Shown here: in pieces, positions 51,557 through 64,000 of the stretch | How the letters are laid out: each line of letters opens with the position of its first letter | Numbering within the stretch: the first letter of the stretch is position 1 | Assembly (NCBI GenBank): GCA_951406725.2 | Contig: OX597815.1 | Location: 205,530,001-205,594,000 of the forward strand | DNA: 64,000 nt | Direction of reading: 5' to 3' | From: Octopus vulgaris | Lineage: Eukaryota | Notes under the pieces: model-generated | The model's input: only the letters and a program-made list of their open reading frames with translations | Told to the model about the DNA's origin: nothing | The model's database searches: none | Made by a program: the position numbers and the translations under genes

Positions 51557-51865
51557 GTAAGTAATTAGTTACTAGTAACATTCTTCTTCTATCCTGCTTA
51601 ATTATGATTTTTAATTGCCTTGATTAATGGCTCTTATATCCTGATCATCATAAGTGCCTTTTTGTTGTTTTTAATTTTATTTTAGAATCTTGTATTTGAA
51701 ATAGTTATATTTTCTATATAGTTTTGTTTGATACTGGCACCATAGAGAAGGTAAACAGCCAGCATGCAAAGACTGCAACTTGGCTTTCATTCCTGACTAT
51801 TGCTATATCAATTCACTAACGAGCAGATGTCTTCTTGAAGTAATGAGCTTGCCTGAAGCAGGCAA

Positions 51866-52197
51866 TGGAAAACTGTCAAAATCTCTCGTGGAAGCGCCAT
51901 CCAACCAAAATGCAAATATATGGGAAACTACCACCTGTGTCATCTCTTGTGAAAGGTAGGAGAGTCCAGTTTGCTGGACATTGTTGTAGAGCTGAAAAAG
52001 AGGTAATTTCTACTCTTCTCCTCTGGAAGCCATCTACTCGCAATACCAGAGGGCGCACACTCTCCTACCCTGATGTAATCTCCAGGGATACAGGCATCCA
52101 GCAACAGGACCTCCGTAATGCCATGATGGACCGTGAAGTCTGGCATAGCATGGTAAATTCCATTGTCTCAACCACAGTCGAACAATGATGATGATGT
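51866..52197 (+). mobile_element. RTE-clade LINE 3' fragment
   Basis: LSWKRHPT..RRVQFAGHCCR..LLLWKP..MMDREVW, with a (TGA)n tail. Confidence 0.85.
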
Positions 52198-52618
52198 AAT
52201 TTAAAGATGTGTTCAGTTTACTTTTTTGAATGCAATATAATATTCCATACTTGTATTCAACATACATCATCTATTTGCTTCACTATACATATCTGGAAAA
52301 TGTTATCACTGTCAATTACTAGGTTAGTTTTATGTAAATTATTCAGCTATAAAATTTTTCTTTTAATATTTTGTGCAAACTTAGGAAAGTCTGAGTATGG
52401 AGTTCTATGAGGCTGATAAAAAATGTTCCATCAAGAAGCCATTAAACATAGTTGATTAACAGTTTCAGAATCCAGATTATTTCTATTCTATCTTTTCTTT
52501 TTTTTTTTTTTGCTTCCACTGTACATGTTTGTTTGATGAGTTGACAAAAACTACTCTTTTTGTTTTTTCTTTTTCTTTTTTTTTCTGATAAGCTTTACTG
52601 CTGGTTAATTCTTTTTAG

Positions 52619-52729
52619 CTTGAGTCGTGCGAGTCTGAAGTCTGTGATGAGGTGTATGAAGTTTATTCTGATATTCTCAATCAAAAAGAGGAAGAAGATG
52701 ATACTCTTTGCTACAAGACATACACGTTA
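52619..52729 (+). CDS. EEF2KMT: EEF2KMT exon 3
   Basis: LESCESEVCDEVYEVY...CYKTYTL|gtaagt. Confidence 0.9.
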
Positions 52730-53581
52730 GTAAGTTGGAATTTTTATATCAAAGTGTTAATAATAATTTACATTTTTTTTTTCAACCAAGTGCTCTTGAA
52801 TCATTCTCCTGATAAAGATATTTGGACTTTATTTTTCTTCAACTAATAGTAATGTGTTTCCTAATTTTCTTTTGTTTTAAACCCAGAATTATCAACCACT
52901 GATCCTAATACTGAAGGATACCTTTCTCGCCAAGGAGAATCCTAGTGTTCACAATAATTTGCAAATCTAATTTCCTCACAAGAATAGAGTTAATCCAGCT
53001 CCCCTGCCCTATATAGTAGTAGGTATCCTGTTGGTTAGATGGGGTTTTGATTTTCAGTTTTTCATTGTGTACCATAGCCATATCTTATCAGTATAGTTAT
53101 CCTGGCGTTTCCCAGTACAACCATTAAAATTGCCTGCCGTGATATCTATATTTAACTGTTTCTCTGCCAAACTTATTTAACAATATTCAAAATTGGTGTG
53201 AAGAAAGGCATCCAGCAATAGAAATAATGCAAAAACTTATACATACCAGCAAGATGTAGTCTTCTGTCTCTTCAAAAAGGGCAGTAACTCCAAATAATAC
53301 CTGACTTGGCCTGCCATCATGGAAAATATGCAAAACGAGGGTAATTGTTAAATTTTAATTTTTTATCTCATTAGGTATAGGACACAGAAACATAACATTG
53401 AAGCATGATTACTGTCTGTTTTCAAAAGGATTCTCTATAGGCAGTTGTTTTTACAAAAACTCATTTTTAGACAAATGAACTGTTATGTAAATGTACAGAA
53501 TACTTTAAATACGATGTCAATTAACTGTGTATGTATTTTTTTTACGTGTGTGATTATATTTAACTTGTTTATTCTTTATAG

Positions 53582-53659
53582 CCTTCATCTAATACAGTGA
53601 GCCTTCAGGAATCTGTTCACCTGGTGACACAAGGTACTACTGGATTAAGCACATGGCAG
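53582..53659 (+). CDS. EEF2KMT: EEF2KMT exon 4
   Basis: VSLQESVHLVTQGTTGLSTWQ|gtatgt, carrying the GTTGLxTW signature. Confidence 0.93.
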
Positions 53660-53661
53660 GT

Positions 53662-54572
53662 ATGTCTAAGGAATGCTAGCTGATTGTCTTTTTCCTTTTC
53701 CATTGTGAATTGTTTGGATGGCTTTATTGAGTTCACACGATCTAACAGCACTTGGACATCTTCCTCGTGGGGCCAGAGTATAAAGGTGTCATCAACATAT
53801 TGCAGCCATAGGGTTGCTTTTAGTGGTGTTGATCCTAAAGCCAAATTCTCAACGTATTCCATGTATGTATCGGCTATTATCAGTGATAATGGCAAACCCA
53901 TAGCTAAACCTTCTTCTTGTATTCAGGAGTAATGCAACACTTCGCAAATATCTCTTTCGAGTAAAACTACCAGTAGAAGAGAATATGACCAAAGACTGCG
54001 TGTACTCCATCCCATGCAGCTGTGGTAGGTTATACAAAGGTGAAACATGCTGCCCTTTCAAAATAAGGGTAGACGAACATCGCAAAGCTGTAACACGAGG
54101 AGATATTGATAAATCGGGTATAGCTGATCATGTATGGAAAAATGGAGACTACCTTCCCTTATGGGATAAGTTAAAATAATAGACAGAGAACACCACGAGA
54201 ACATAGGAAAACTAAGAGAAGCAGCACACATGTCAGAACACAACAACCTCCTAAGCAGACCAAGTGCAGATATGAATAGCATATGGGAACCGGTATTAAG
54301 GAAGGATAGGAGAATATTAGATTTACAAGCCCTAAAATTCACTCCATAATTGGCATATGGCATAGTGGTTAAGAATGCAAGCTGCTAACCCCAAGATTCC
54401 AGGCAATGACCTGAATAATAATAGTAGTAGTAATAATAATAATATCGAAAAATACTTAGGAATGAGAACCCAGGTTCGAAATTTCCCCAGGATGAAGGCT
54501 GGAGGGTATATCAGCCGAAACGTGTTAACAACAAACAAGATGAGGACACATATCCGTCAAATGTAAATAATG
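53662..54572. mobile_element. Penelope-like element fragment with inverted 5' part
   Basis: RT (AMGLPLS, YVDDTF, FTMEKEKDNQLAFL) is on - at ~53662-53920. GIY-YIG (VYSIPCSCGRLYKGET..RVDEH) is on + at ~53925-54310. A degraded hammerhead-like terminus lies at ~54487-54527. Confidence 0.88.
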
Positions 54573-55216
54573 TTTTTATCTAGTGATTACATTTTATGTT
54601 GATGTAGAGGGAAAAAAATGACTGTTGATCTTACAAATAGACATTCTCATAAAATTTTATTTCAATAGTTAAAATAATAATGGCTATTTCTATCTACAGT
54701 TTATTTTTGCAGGATCTTAACGTTTTACAATGGTGACGAAATAAGATGTGGACATAGGATGGAGTTAAGTCTCTTGGGTATTGATTGAGGATTTTTTTCG
54801 ATTTGAGGATGTTGAAATATCCTTAGATTTAGTTTCTTTGGCTTCTTAATTTATTGCTTTTAGCTATTTAACTTACCCTCTCACAACGATTAATCAATCC
54901 AGTATTAAACTCTTTCCATTTTATTTTTAAGTAAGACTAATATATTCCTTTAACATATTGCTGCCTTCTTTTTTGTCTAAATATAACAAAGTAAACTGAT
55001 TTAAATAAAAATTGATTATTTTAGTTAGAAACAAAATCAAGGCTATATAACTGGCTTGATTTATTGATTTTAGTGGTGTTAAAATTTTACATTGGTGTGT
55101 GATGAAAGAGGTTTGCTTCCCGACCACATGGTTTTGATTTCAGTCTCACTGCATGACACCTTGGGCAAGTGTCTTCTACTATATCCCTGAGGTGACCAAA
55201 TCATTGACTGGAGTTT

Positions 55217-55528
55217 CTTCTTCTTGTCTTGAGACAGCATTTACCTGGGGTGGGTTGAGCAGGTATTCATTCATTCATCCTCAATGCTGCATCTCTCACA
55301 AACGCCGACCAGGCCTGGCGATTCGAGGCTAACGACTGCGTGATCTCCAACCACTCCCTATTCCGGCGGTGAACGCCGTAGACATGGGGGCCTAAGTTGG
55401 GTTCCAGATCAGCCTTGACTGTCATCAGCCAGGTTTTTCGTTGTCCACCACATCGCTTTCGCCAACCCTGAAGGGGAGCTGGGGCAATTGCTTTGGAGAT
55501 GAATTCTCCTGGCTGACAACGGAGGGCA
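55217..55528 (-). mobile_element. RTE-clade 3' fragment inserted in a degenerate SINE A
   Basis: GWRKRCGGQRKTWL-like frame, (GAA)n tail, 12-bp TSD TGACTGGAGTTT (55205, 55529). Confidence 0.75.
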
Positions 55529-57454
55529 TGACTGGAGTTTGTAGACAGAATTTAAAGAAGCCCATTGTGTGTGTGTCAAGAGATGGCTTCCCATTGAAGG
55601 AACACATCACCAACAATGAAGTCCTCCAGCAGGTCACGTTTCATGCATGGACAAATCCAGAATGCCAAAAGTCATATTCTACAAGGATCTCAGCCAGGGC
55701 GAAAGAGACAGAAGAGTAAACACCACCACTCCCAAAGCATTTTAAAGACTGAAATACCAGCTTCCTCCAGATAGAGATAGACCCCACGGGATGGGAGGAA
55801 GTAGCAGTTCCTGGGAAGGTATGGTGATACTGCATCCAGACCATTGCAAGCAACTTTGACAAGGACAGAACAACTGCAGCAGCTGTGAAATGCCAAATGG
55901 CTCCCATCTGAGCAAAACCTACATATTTGCCCAAAGTACCTCAAAGCCTGTCAGTCAAGGGATCAGTTTACATAGCCACTTAAGGGCTTGCTGCTCTACC
56001 TCATGATCTTTCGACATGAACTGCCGTCATTATTGTGTGTATGTATCAGCATTTAACAGCTATCTTCCATGCTGGTATGGGTTGGACAGTTTGACAGGAC
56101 TTCACAGGCCTGAGGACTATGCCAAGCTCCACTGTCAGAATGGACTGGCTTTTTTTATATGGCATCAGCACCAGCAAGGTCTGCTTTGGCGTGGTTTTTA
56201 CAGCCGGGTACCCTTTCTAACATCAACCACTTTACAACAGACTGGCTGCTTTTTACATGACACCAGCACCAGTGAAGTCTTTTGTGGCATGGTTTTTACA
56301 GCTGGATGCCCTTCCAAACACCAGCCACTTTACAGAGTGGACTGGGTGCTTTTTACATGGAACCAGCACTAACAAGGTCCCCGAGTAACTTGCTAGACAA
56401 GGATCCTTTGAGAGGAAGGCTGGTATTGAAGGAGGTGGCTTTGTAACGGATGATGAGAGGTCAGAGTATGACAGAAGGACAGAAGCAGGTGTCTTGCTGT
56501 AGAGATAAATGATACCCGGTTGCCCCAGTTAGAGAGAGATGGTGGTGATGTACCATGGACATACTCTCATCATCATTTAACATTCGCTTTCCATGCTGGC
56601 ATGGGTTGACAGGAGCTGATTAGGCAGAAGATTGCACTGGATTTCAGTGTCTGTTTTGGCATGTTTTTTTTTTGTTTACAGCTGGATGCCCTTCCTGAAT
56701 GGGATGGTTGAGGATTGCCCCAGTTTGTGTGATTAGGAAGTTCACATGATTTCAAAAAGGGATCGGGAGTGGGGGGCAGTGACTGGTGAAACCTGTGTCT
56801 ATGGTGGCAGGGGAAACAACAGGATAATGATGATACAGTTGGCAGGACAAGGAGGATAGAATTGGGCTGCAGGAATGGGGGGGAGGAGATATAGTGCAAG
56901 AAGAAGAGATATAATTTGGTTTATTGGAATAGGGTTGTGAAAGATTTAATATTAAATGTGGGTGGAAAACACACTGCTTCCAGAACTCGGTTTCACAGGT
57001 GGACAGGTCTTCTCAAGAATCTCCATATCACCAGAAATCTCAGTCCATCATTATCTCTTCCATGAAGCACAACATCTATATATATGTTTGTGTGTAGTTA
57101 ATGAAGAATATTGTTACTCCATTGCCTAAATAATTATATAACAGATCAGTCTAAAAATATTGCATTAGGAATTCCTTAACTAATTATCTTTATTATTTAT
57201 TATAAAAGATTTGCTTAAAGCAAAGATTATCAAACTAACAAACGTTATACATAATAATGTTTATAATGAAAACCAAGCACAAATCATTATATATAAAGAA
57301 CAAGAATAATATAAATATACAATCAACGACAAGTATTTAATAAACATATCTATACTTGAAATAATATAATTATACATATCAAGATCAATGTTTTTTTTCT
57401 TTGATATTTAAATAAACTTTATATATTAAACAAACTCAAAAAAATTAATTTTAA

Positions 57455-57675
57455 CCCTTTCATTACTGTATTTATTTTGAGATACTCTGTGTTTCTTTCA
57501 ATTACTTTAAGTATAACAAGGAATTTAGTAAAATTACTTGGTTATCATTCAGCTAGTGATAGGAACATAAATTGTGACTACGGTTTGGTGGAAGATTTTA
57601 ATTCAAACCTTATGAATACAAGGCATTTGTACTACAGAACCACAGCCAGTTTCAGCTGGGTTGGTAACGAAAGGG
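57455..57675 (-). mobile_element. piggyBac-type MITE family 1
   Basis: Reverse complement of the 10201 copy. Confidence 0.87.
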
Positions 57676-58089
57676 TGAAGTAACCAGTGGTACATCTAGT
57701 ACTTAAAAAATCTAACTGAATCCTGCTTTTAAAGTTGGTATTGTTCTTGAAGTTTATCTTTAGCAAGGTCTATCTTGTTATAAGTGGCTATTAAAGAAAA
57801 TATAAAATTGTTAGAGTTTAGTTTTGGATTTTAATGTCTTATTTTAAATTTGCTAATTATTCTTACCGGAATAATATTAATCACTAGTACTTCCAATCCA
57901 AACTAATCTTTGTATAATCTTTTGATTAACCTATCTGTAGCTACTTTGCAGTGTGAACACCCCAGGTTTATTGTCAGCAATAAGGGCAACATACCTTACA
58001 ATCTTTGCAGGTTCCTTACCAAGGTGAACAAGTCATTTGATTTAAGTGACTAATTCCTTAGCTTAAAACTTCAGGCTTTGTGCCTGTAT

Positions 58090-58550
58090 TCATCATCATC
58101 ATCATCGTTTAACGTCCGCTTTCCATGCTAGCATGGGTTGGACGGTTCAACTGGGGTCTGGGTAGCCCGAAGGCTGTACCAGGCCAGTCAGATCTGGCAG
58201 TGTTTCTACAGCTAGATGCCCTTCCTAATGCCAACCACTCCGTGAGTGTAGTGGGTGCTTTTTATGTGACACCGACACAGGTGCCAGACGAGGCTGGCGA
58301 ACGGCCACGCTCGGGTGGTGTTTTTCATGTGCCACCGACACAGGTGCCAGACGAGGCTGGCAAACGGCCACGCTCGGGTGGTGTTTTTTATGTGCCACCG
58401 ACACAAGTGCCAGACAAGGCTGGCGAATGGCCACGCTCGGGTGGTGTTTTTTATGTGCCACCGACACAGGTGCCAGACGAGGCTGGCGAACGGCCACGCT
58501 CGGATGGTGTTTTTTACGTGCCACCGGCACGAAGGCCAAGCAAGGCTGGC
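58090..58550 (-). mobile_element. RTE-LINE 3'-end fragment with four 63-bp internal repeats
   Basis: GTGCCACCGACACAGGTGCCAGACGAGGCTGGC.. repeated four times. Confidence 0.88.
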
Positions 58551-58820
58551 AATTATTCTCCAGAAGTTGATTATTTCTTTAAGAAAATCCCAGAAAGGTG
58601 TGAATTACGGCTATTGCATCAATTTTTTAGTACGGCAACTAATTAGTGAAGAAACGATTTAATACAAAATGTTAATATTAATCTTGCTTATACTTCTTGA
58701 AATTTTTGGCTTCATCTTTCTTCTAAATACCTACCTGAATACTCATCACTTTTGGAAACTAATGTCATTGGTGTTCCTCTCTTGAAGAAAAATTTCAATT
58801 ATCTTTCATATTTGTTGCAG

Positions 58821-58876
58821 GCTGCTCAAAATTTAGCTGAATGGTCCATTGAAAATAGCGAGGTATTTCAGAATAA
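58821..58876 (+). CDS. EEF2KMT: EEF2KMT exon 5
   Basis: gcag|AAQNLAEWSIENSEVFQN|gtaag. Confidence 0.9.
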
Positions 58877-59122
58877 GTAAGATATTATTTTCAAATATAT
58901 TATTGGTCATAAAAGTAATTTTGCTACTAAAAGAAGTTAAAACTCTACATTGTTTTTGTTTTTTTGAGCACATTTTTAATAGCATGTATTGAAGATCAGT
59001 TTTGCTCAAACTCTTTTAAGTGGTCTATCTGAATTGCATGTTTGTAATATTTTGTATTTAACAAGTATAATAAATATTATGAGATAAATACTTTATTTGC
59101 TGGTGTATTTACAAGTATTTAA

Positions 59123-59470
59123 AGGCGCGTGGCTCAGTGGTTAGAGCGTCAAGCTTACGATCATGAAGTTGTGAGCTCGAATCCCGGACCGGGCTGCGTG
59201 TTGTGTTCTTGAGCAAGACACTTTATTTCACGTTGCTCCAGTCCACTCAGCTGTAGAAATGAGTTGCGACGTCACAGGTGCCAAGCTGTATCGGCCCCTT
59301 TGCCTTTCCCTTGGACAACATCGGTGACATTGAGAGGAGAGGCCGGTATGCATGGGCGACTGCTGCTCTTCCATAAAAAACAACCTTGTCCAGACTTGTG
59401 CCTCAGAGAGAAACTCTCTAGGTGCAAACCCATGGTCAGTGTTTGACCGAAGGGGGTCACCATCACCATT
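59123..59470 (+). mobile_element. tRNA-derived SINE family C
   Basis: A box TGGCTCAGTGG, B-box-like GCTCGAATCCC, non-tRNA body, (CAC/CAT)n tail. Confidence 0.87.
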
Positions 59471-59634
59471 ACAAGTATATTTTGTGAAATAAAATAAATT
59501 TACTAAGTTTTGTCACACTTCTTAAAATATATTCTAAAGAAGTTTTGTTGGGGAAAACTTAGGATTTTGTGCATGTCAATGCAGTGCTGCAACAGTGTAT
59601 TGGAATAAAGTTTGAACTACAAATTTATCATAAA

Positions 59635-60030
59635 CGCGCAGGAGTGGCTGTGTGGTAAGTAGCTTGTTTACCAACCACATGGTTCCGGGTTCAGTCCCAC
59701 TGCGTGGCACCTTGGGCAAGTGCCTTCTACTATAGCCTCGGGCCGACCAAAGCCTTGTGAGTGGATTTGGTAGACAGAAACTGAAAGAAGCCTGTCGTAT
59801 GTATGTGTGTATATATATATATGTATGTATGTATGTGCGTTTGTGTGTCTGTGTTTGTCCCCCTAGCATTGCTTGACAAACGATGCTGGTGTGTTTACGT
59901 CCCTGTCACTTAGTGGTTCGGCAGAATAAGTACTGGGCTTACAAAGAATAAGTCCCGGGGTCGATTTGCTCGACTAAAGGCGGTGCTCCAGCATGGCCGC
60001 AGTCAAATCACTGAAACAAGTAAAAGAGTA
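59635..60030 (+). mobile_element. SINE family A
   Basis: Near full-length copy. Confidence 0.92.
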
Positions 60031-60371
60031 AACATTATACAAGTCCTGTATTTCAGTTTTGCCTTCTTTCAGATCAGTTATATAATTGTTTATATTTTTA
60101 TGGAGAGAATTGCTATTCAAGATGTTAACACTTGTAGTTTTGGCTATGATGTTTGTGTTACTAAAATCAACCATCAGAGTTGTACACCGCCTCTATGGTT
60201 TTCTCATCCACTCATTGCAATTAGCTGACAGGCAAATGAAAACTTAACATTTCCTTCCATTTTTCTAGCAGAGGTTTCATTTAGATAATTTTAAAATTAT
60301 TTTTAAAGGTAACACAGCCATTACCTAATGTTAGGCCATATCCGGTGGGGGTGGGGTGGGGGTTATGTATA

Positions 60372-60572
60372 CTCTTTTGCTCTTTTACTTGTTTCAGTCA
60401 TTTGACTGTGGCCATGCTGGAGCACCGCCTTTAGTCGAGCAAATCGACCCCGGGACATATTCTTTGTAAGCCCAGTACTTATTCTAACGGTCTCTTTTGC
60501 TGAGCCGCTAAGTGACGGGGACGTAAACACACACACATCGGTTGTCAAGCAATGCTAGGGGGACAAACACAG

Positions 60573-60605
<33 letters not shown>

Positions 60606-60776
60606 CATATATACGACAGGCTTCTTTCAGTTTCCGTCTACCAAATCCACTCACAAGGCATTGGTCGGCCCGGGGCTATAGCAGAAGACACTTGCCCAAG
60701 ATGCCACGCAGTGGGACTGAACCCGGAACCATGTGGTTGGTTAGCAAGCTACTTACCACACAGCCACTCCTGCGCC
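60372..60776 (-). mobile_element. SINE family A
   Basis: Reverse-complement copy. Confidence 0.92.
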
Positions 60777-61326
60777 TATATGGGAAAGAAAGTATAATGA
60801 AATGATCTGACCTCTCCACAAGACTGCTGACATACTGTAAGTAATTCCTTGTCAGTTTATACTAGGAGACTGTGATATTTTGGCTTGTTTTCAATATTTT
60901 ATTAGTAACAATTAGGATGCTTATTCAGCTCCCTAGCCCACAACACTTGGTCTCCCATCTGTAATTTGGCTGACTTAAACACAGGGCAATGTTTTGATTC
61001 ATATAGAAACAACAAAAAAGGCATGTCCAATATACCAGCAAATATGGTAATAGTTGCTGTTAAAACAGTATTTGTATTATTTAATTATTCCACGGAATGC
61101 ATATTCATTTCATGGTGATTTAAATATTACTATGCATGTGTTAGCATTCATTTTATGATGTGTTTGCTTATGTAGAAAACTTTATATGGCTGAATATGCT
61201 TGTATTCAACTAAACTCTGGTTATGCTAAAGATTTCATCTCTTTTGTTATATAGAAGCTGCTTCTGCTTAACCATATCTTTTCATTAAGTTTTTCTTTAT
61301 TTGAATTACATTTCAATGCTGTTTAA

Positions 61327-61546
61327 CGCTTTAGTGTTCAGATTACTCTGTTAAATGTAATACTTTTTCACTCAAATTGCTTTGAATTAATCATGCATTA
61401 TCTTATAGCTTTGAGGTTTCAATGATGTGATTGTATATTTTTTGAATGTCAATGTAGGTTAGGTTTGAGGGGCTAGATATTCCCAGTTTGATTATAAAAC
61501 ATATAGAATATTTGGGCCAGATATGGCCGGTTTAAACACTAAAGGG
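61327..61546 (+). mobile_element. piggyBac-type MITE family 2
   Basis: TTAA-flanked, matches the 26795 copy. Confidence 0.75.
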
Positions 61547-61636
61547 TTAAACAATGTATTTGACTTCCTTGATTCTCATGTCTGTATGACAGTGTCAACA
61601 GCTATTCAGAACTGAAGTAATTTCATTTCTGGATGT

Positions 61637-62042
61637 GGCAGCGACCTGGCAGAAACGTTAGCATGCTGGGCGAAATGCTAAGCGGTATTTCGCCTGTTTT
61701 TACGTTCTGAGTTCAAATTCCGCCGAGGTCGACTTTGCCTTTCATCCTTTCGGGGTCGATTAAATTAAGTGCCAGTTATGCACTGGGGTCGATGTAATCG
61801 ACTTAATACCTATGTCTGTCCTTGTTTGTCCCCTCTATGTTAAGCCCCTTGTGGGTAATAAAGAAATAGGTATTTCGCCTGTCTTTACATTCTGAGTTCA
61901 AATTCCACCGAGGTCGACTTTGCCTTTCATCCTTTCAGGATCAATAAATTAAGTACCAGTTGTGTACTGGGGTCAATCTAATCGATTTGCCCCCCACCTC
62001 CACTCCTCAAAAATTTCGGGCCTTGTGCCTAGAGTAGAAAAG
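61637..62042 (+). mobile_element. SINE family B with head plus two tandem core units
   Basis: GGCAGCGACCTGGCAGAAACGTTAG head, then the 184-bp unit, the junction AAAGAAATAGGTATTTCG, and a second unit. Confidence 0.88.
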
Positions 62043-62274
62043 AATTTGGCTTCTGAATCAGAAGAGTTTCAACTACACTGAAATACTGCAAATATTTATT
62101 CTCTTAGCTTCAAGATAATTCTTGTTATTGCTTTGCTGTTTGTTATTCCTTTCAAAATCCTTTTGGGACTTGTAAAGTACCAGTCAAGTACTGGGGGTTG
62201 ATGGTGTTAACTAACCCCATCTCCTTAATCAGAAACCATTATTTTCTGAAATTGGTTGTAAAACATTACATATA

Positions 62275-62439
62275 GGCTCAGGAGTGGCTGTGTGGTAAGT
62301 AGCTTGTTTACCAACTACATGGTTCCGGGTTCAGTCCCACTGCATGGCACCTTGGGTGAGTGTCTTCTACTATAGCCTCGGGCCAACCAAAGCCTTGTGA
62401 GTGGATTTGGTAGACGGAAACTGAAAGAAGCCCGTCGTA

Positions 62440-62481
<42 letters not shown>

Positions 62482-62699
62482 TGTTTGTGTTTGTGTGTCT
62501 GTGTTTGTACCCCTAGCATTGCTTGACAACCGATGCTGGTGTGTTTATGTCCCCGTTACTTAGCCATTCGGCAAAAGAGACCGATAGAATAAGTACTGGG
62601 CTTACAAAAGAATAAGTCCCAGGGTGAAGTTGCTTGATTTAAAGGCGGTGCTCCAGCATGGCCGCAGTCAAATGACTGAAACAAGTAAAAGAGTTAAGA
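62275..62699 (+). mobile_element. SINE family A
   Basis: Full-length copy. Confidence 0.92.
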
Positions 62700-62932
62700 G
62701 TATAGTAACTTATGGATTATCTGTTAGAATTGAGGAACTCTGTATGCTGTCCCTCAACCTTTTAGAAATAGTAGCTAAATCTCTCCTAACTTTCCACAGC
62801 TTTAAAAATGGAAAGACATTAAATAATGTAGTCTTACTTACCCCTAAAAAGATTGGAGCTGATTAGAGTTGCAATTAATTTGAACATGTCTGCTTTGCTT
62901 AGTCAGGTCTCACTTGGGGCTAAGCGGTAACA

Positions 62933-63306
62933 TGGATGGAAGCACTCCGTCGGTTACGACGACGAGGGTTCCGGTTGATCCGAATCAACGGAACAGCCTG
63001 CTCGTGAAATTAACGTGTAAGTGGCTGAGCACTCCACAGACACGTGTACCCTTAACGTAGTTCTCGGGGATATTCAGCATGACACAGAGAGTGACAAGGC
63101 CGGCCCTTTGAAATACAGGTACAACAGAAACAGGAAGTAAGAGTGAGAGAAAGTTGTGGTGAAAGAGTACAGCAGGGATCATCACCATCCCTGCTGGAGC
63201 CTCGTGGAGCTTTAGGTGTTTTCGCTCAATAAACACACACAACGCCTGGTCTGGGAATCGAAACCGTGAGTCCGCTGCCCTAACCACTGGGCCATTGCGC
63301 CTCCAC
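62933..63306 (-). mobile_element. tRNA-derived SINE family D
   Basis: On -: GGAGGCGCAATGGCCCAGTGGTTAGGGCAGCGGACTC..GGTTTCGATTCCC, then a non-tRNA body. Confidence 0.8.
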
Positions 63307-63476
63307 TAAGCGGTAACAACTAGCAAGTAAAATAGGGAACAGCTGTTGGTTTTTTTTTTCTTTTTTAAATAACAAAATACATTTTATGTTGAACTAATAT
63401 TTTTCTCCTAATTATTTTTGCTTATTTGTTTACTATCATGTTTAATTCTTTTTGTGCGTGTGTTGTTTCTTTCCAG

Positions 63477-64000
63477 AAAAATTTTGGAACTAGGATGTGG
63501 TCTTGGTTTGACAGGCATAGTAATTTGCAAGTATTGCCAACCAACACATTTTTGCTTTACAGACTGTCACCCTCAAGTATTGTATCTCTTGTCTAAGAAT
63601 ATTGAACTCAACATGCTGCAAAACAATCAAAGTGAGACAGACAATACCCAGGAGGACATTCACTTATCACCCATCAACATAAATAATAAAAACGATGAAA
63701 AAATAATGCGGAAGATTCGTCGACAGCTTAGTTTAAGTGCTGATAACAATACTTCGAACGACATGACTGACATCATCGAGATCTGCCTGTCTCCATCTAC
63801 ACCTCCCAGTGAGGAGAGTGAAATCATGCAGAAAGATCCTGTGGAAGATTTTGCAGATTTTGAGCTCTACTCTAAGTCATGGAAGAAGGACTCTGAAAGC
63901 AAAATTGCTACACTTAAAAAAAATGACAAAATTAGTATCGCAAAACTGGACTGGGAGTGTTTTGATGATAGTTTTCTCAAATGGTTTTGTCCAGAAGTTA
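63477..64000 (+). CDS. EEF2KMT: EEF2KMT exon 6 (SAM-binding motif I; runs off the window)
   Basis: ttccag|KILELGCGLGLTGIVIC..FTDCHPQVL..LDWE, open to the window end. Confidence 0.93.

Noticed and set aside
58125-58662. Repeat-protein ORFs
   Set aside because: Frames of the 63-bp repeats in the RTE 3'UTR.
59123-59200. tRNA gene (also at 63240-63306 and 45430-45503)
   Set aside because: tRNA-like SINE heads continuing into SINE bodies, with no proper acceptor stem.

Overview
Repeat-rich, AT-rich animal genomic DNA. The SINE, MITE and RTE repertoire looks like an octopus (coleoid cephalopod); this is recognition, not a database result. Three intron-rich genes can be spliced by hand with consistent phases: the last four coding exons of WDTC1 (+, 5242-25586), a complete RNPS1 (-, six coding exons, ~300 aa, start codon split AT|G by intron 1), and the 5' part of EEF2KMT/FAM86 (+, from 49995, head-to-head with RNPS1 across ~180 bp). 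The introns hold a >5 kb array of a 184-bp SINE-derived unit, a near-intact CR1/L2-group LINE (PHD-like finger, polyQ, possible -1 frameshift signal), and a decayed mariner. They also hold a non-autonomous Helitron, hAT, pogo and piggyBac-type MITEs, RTE and Penelope-like fragments, and many SINEs. The most unusual signals are several minimal hammerhead-ribozyme-like motifs with non-canonical cores (two as inverted pairs), a 52-bp CCAAT/ERE-like array next to a loxP-like palindrome, and candidate regulatory exons in RNPS1. All coordinates were read by eye, and repeat boundaries are approximate.
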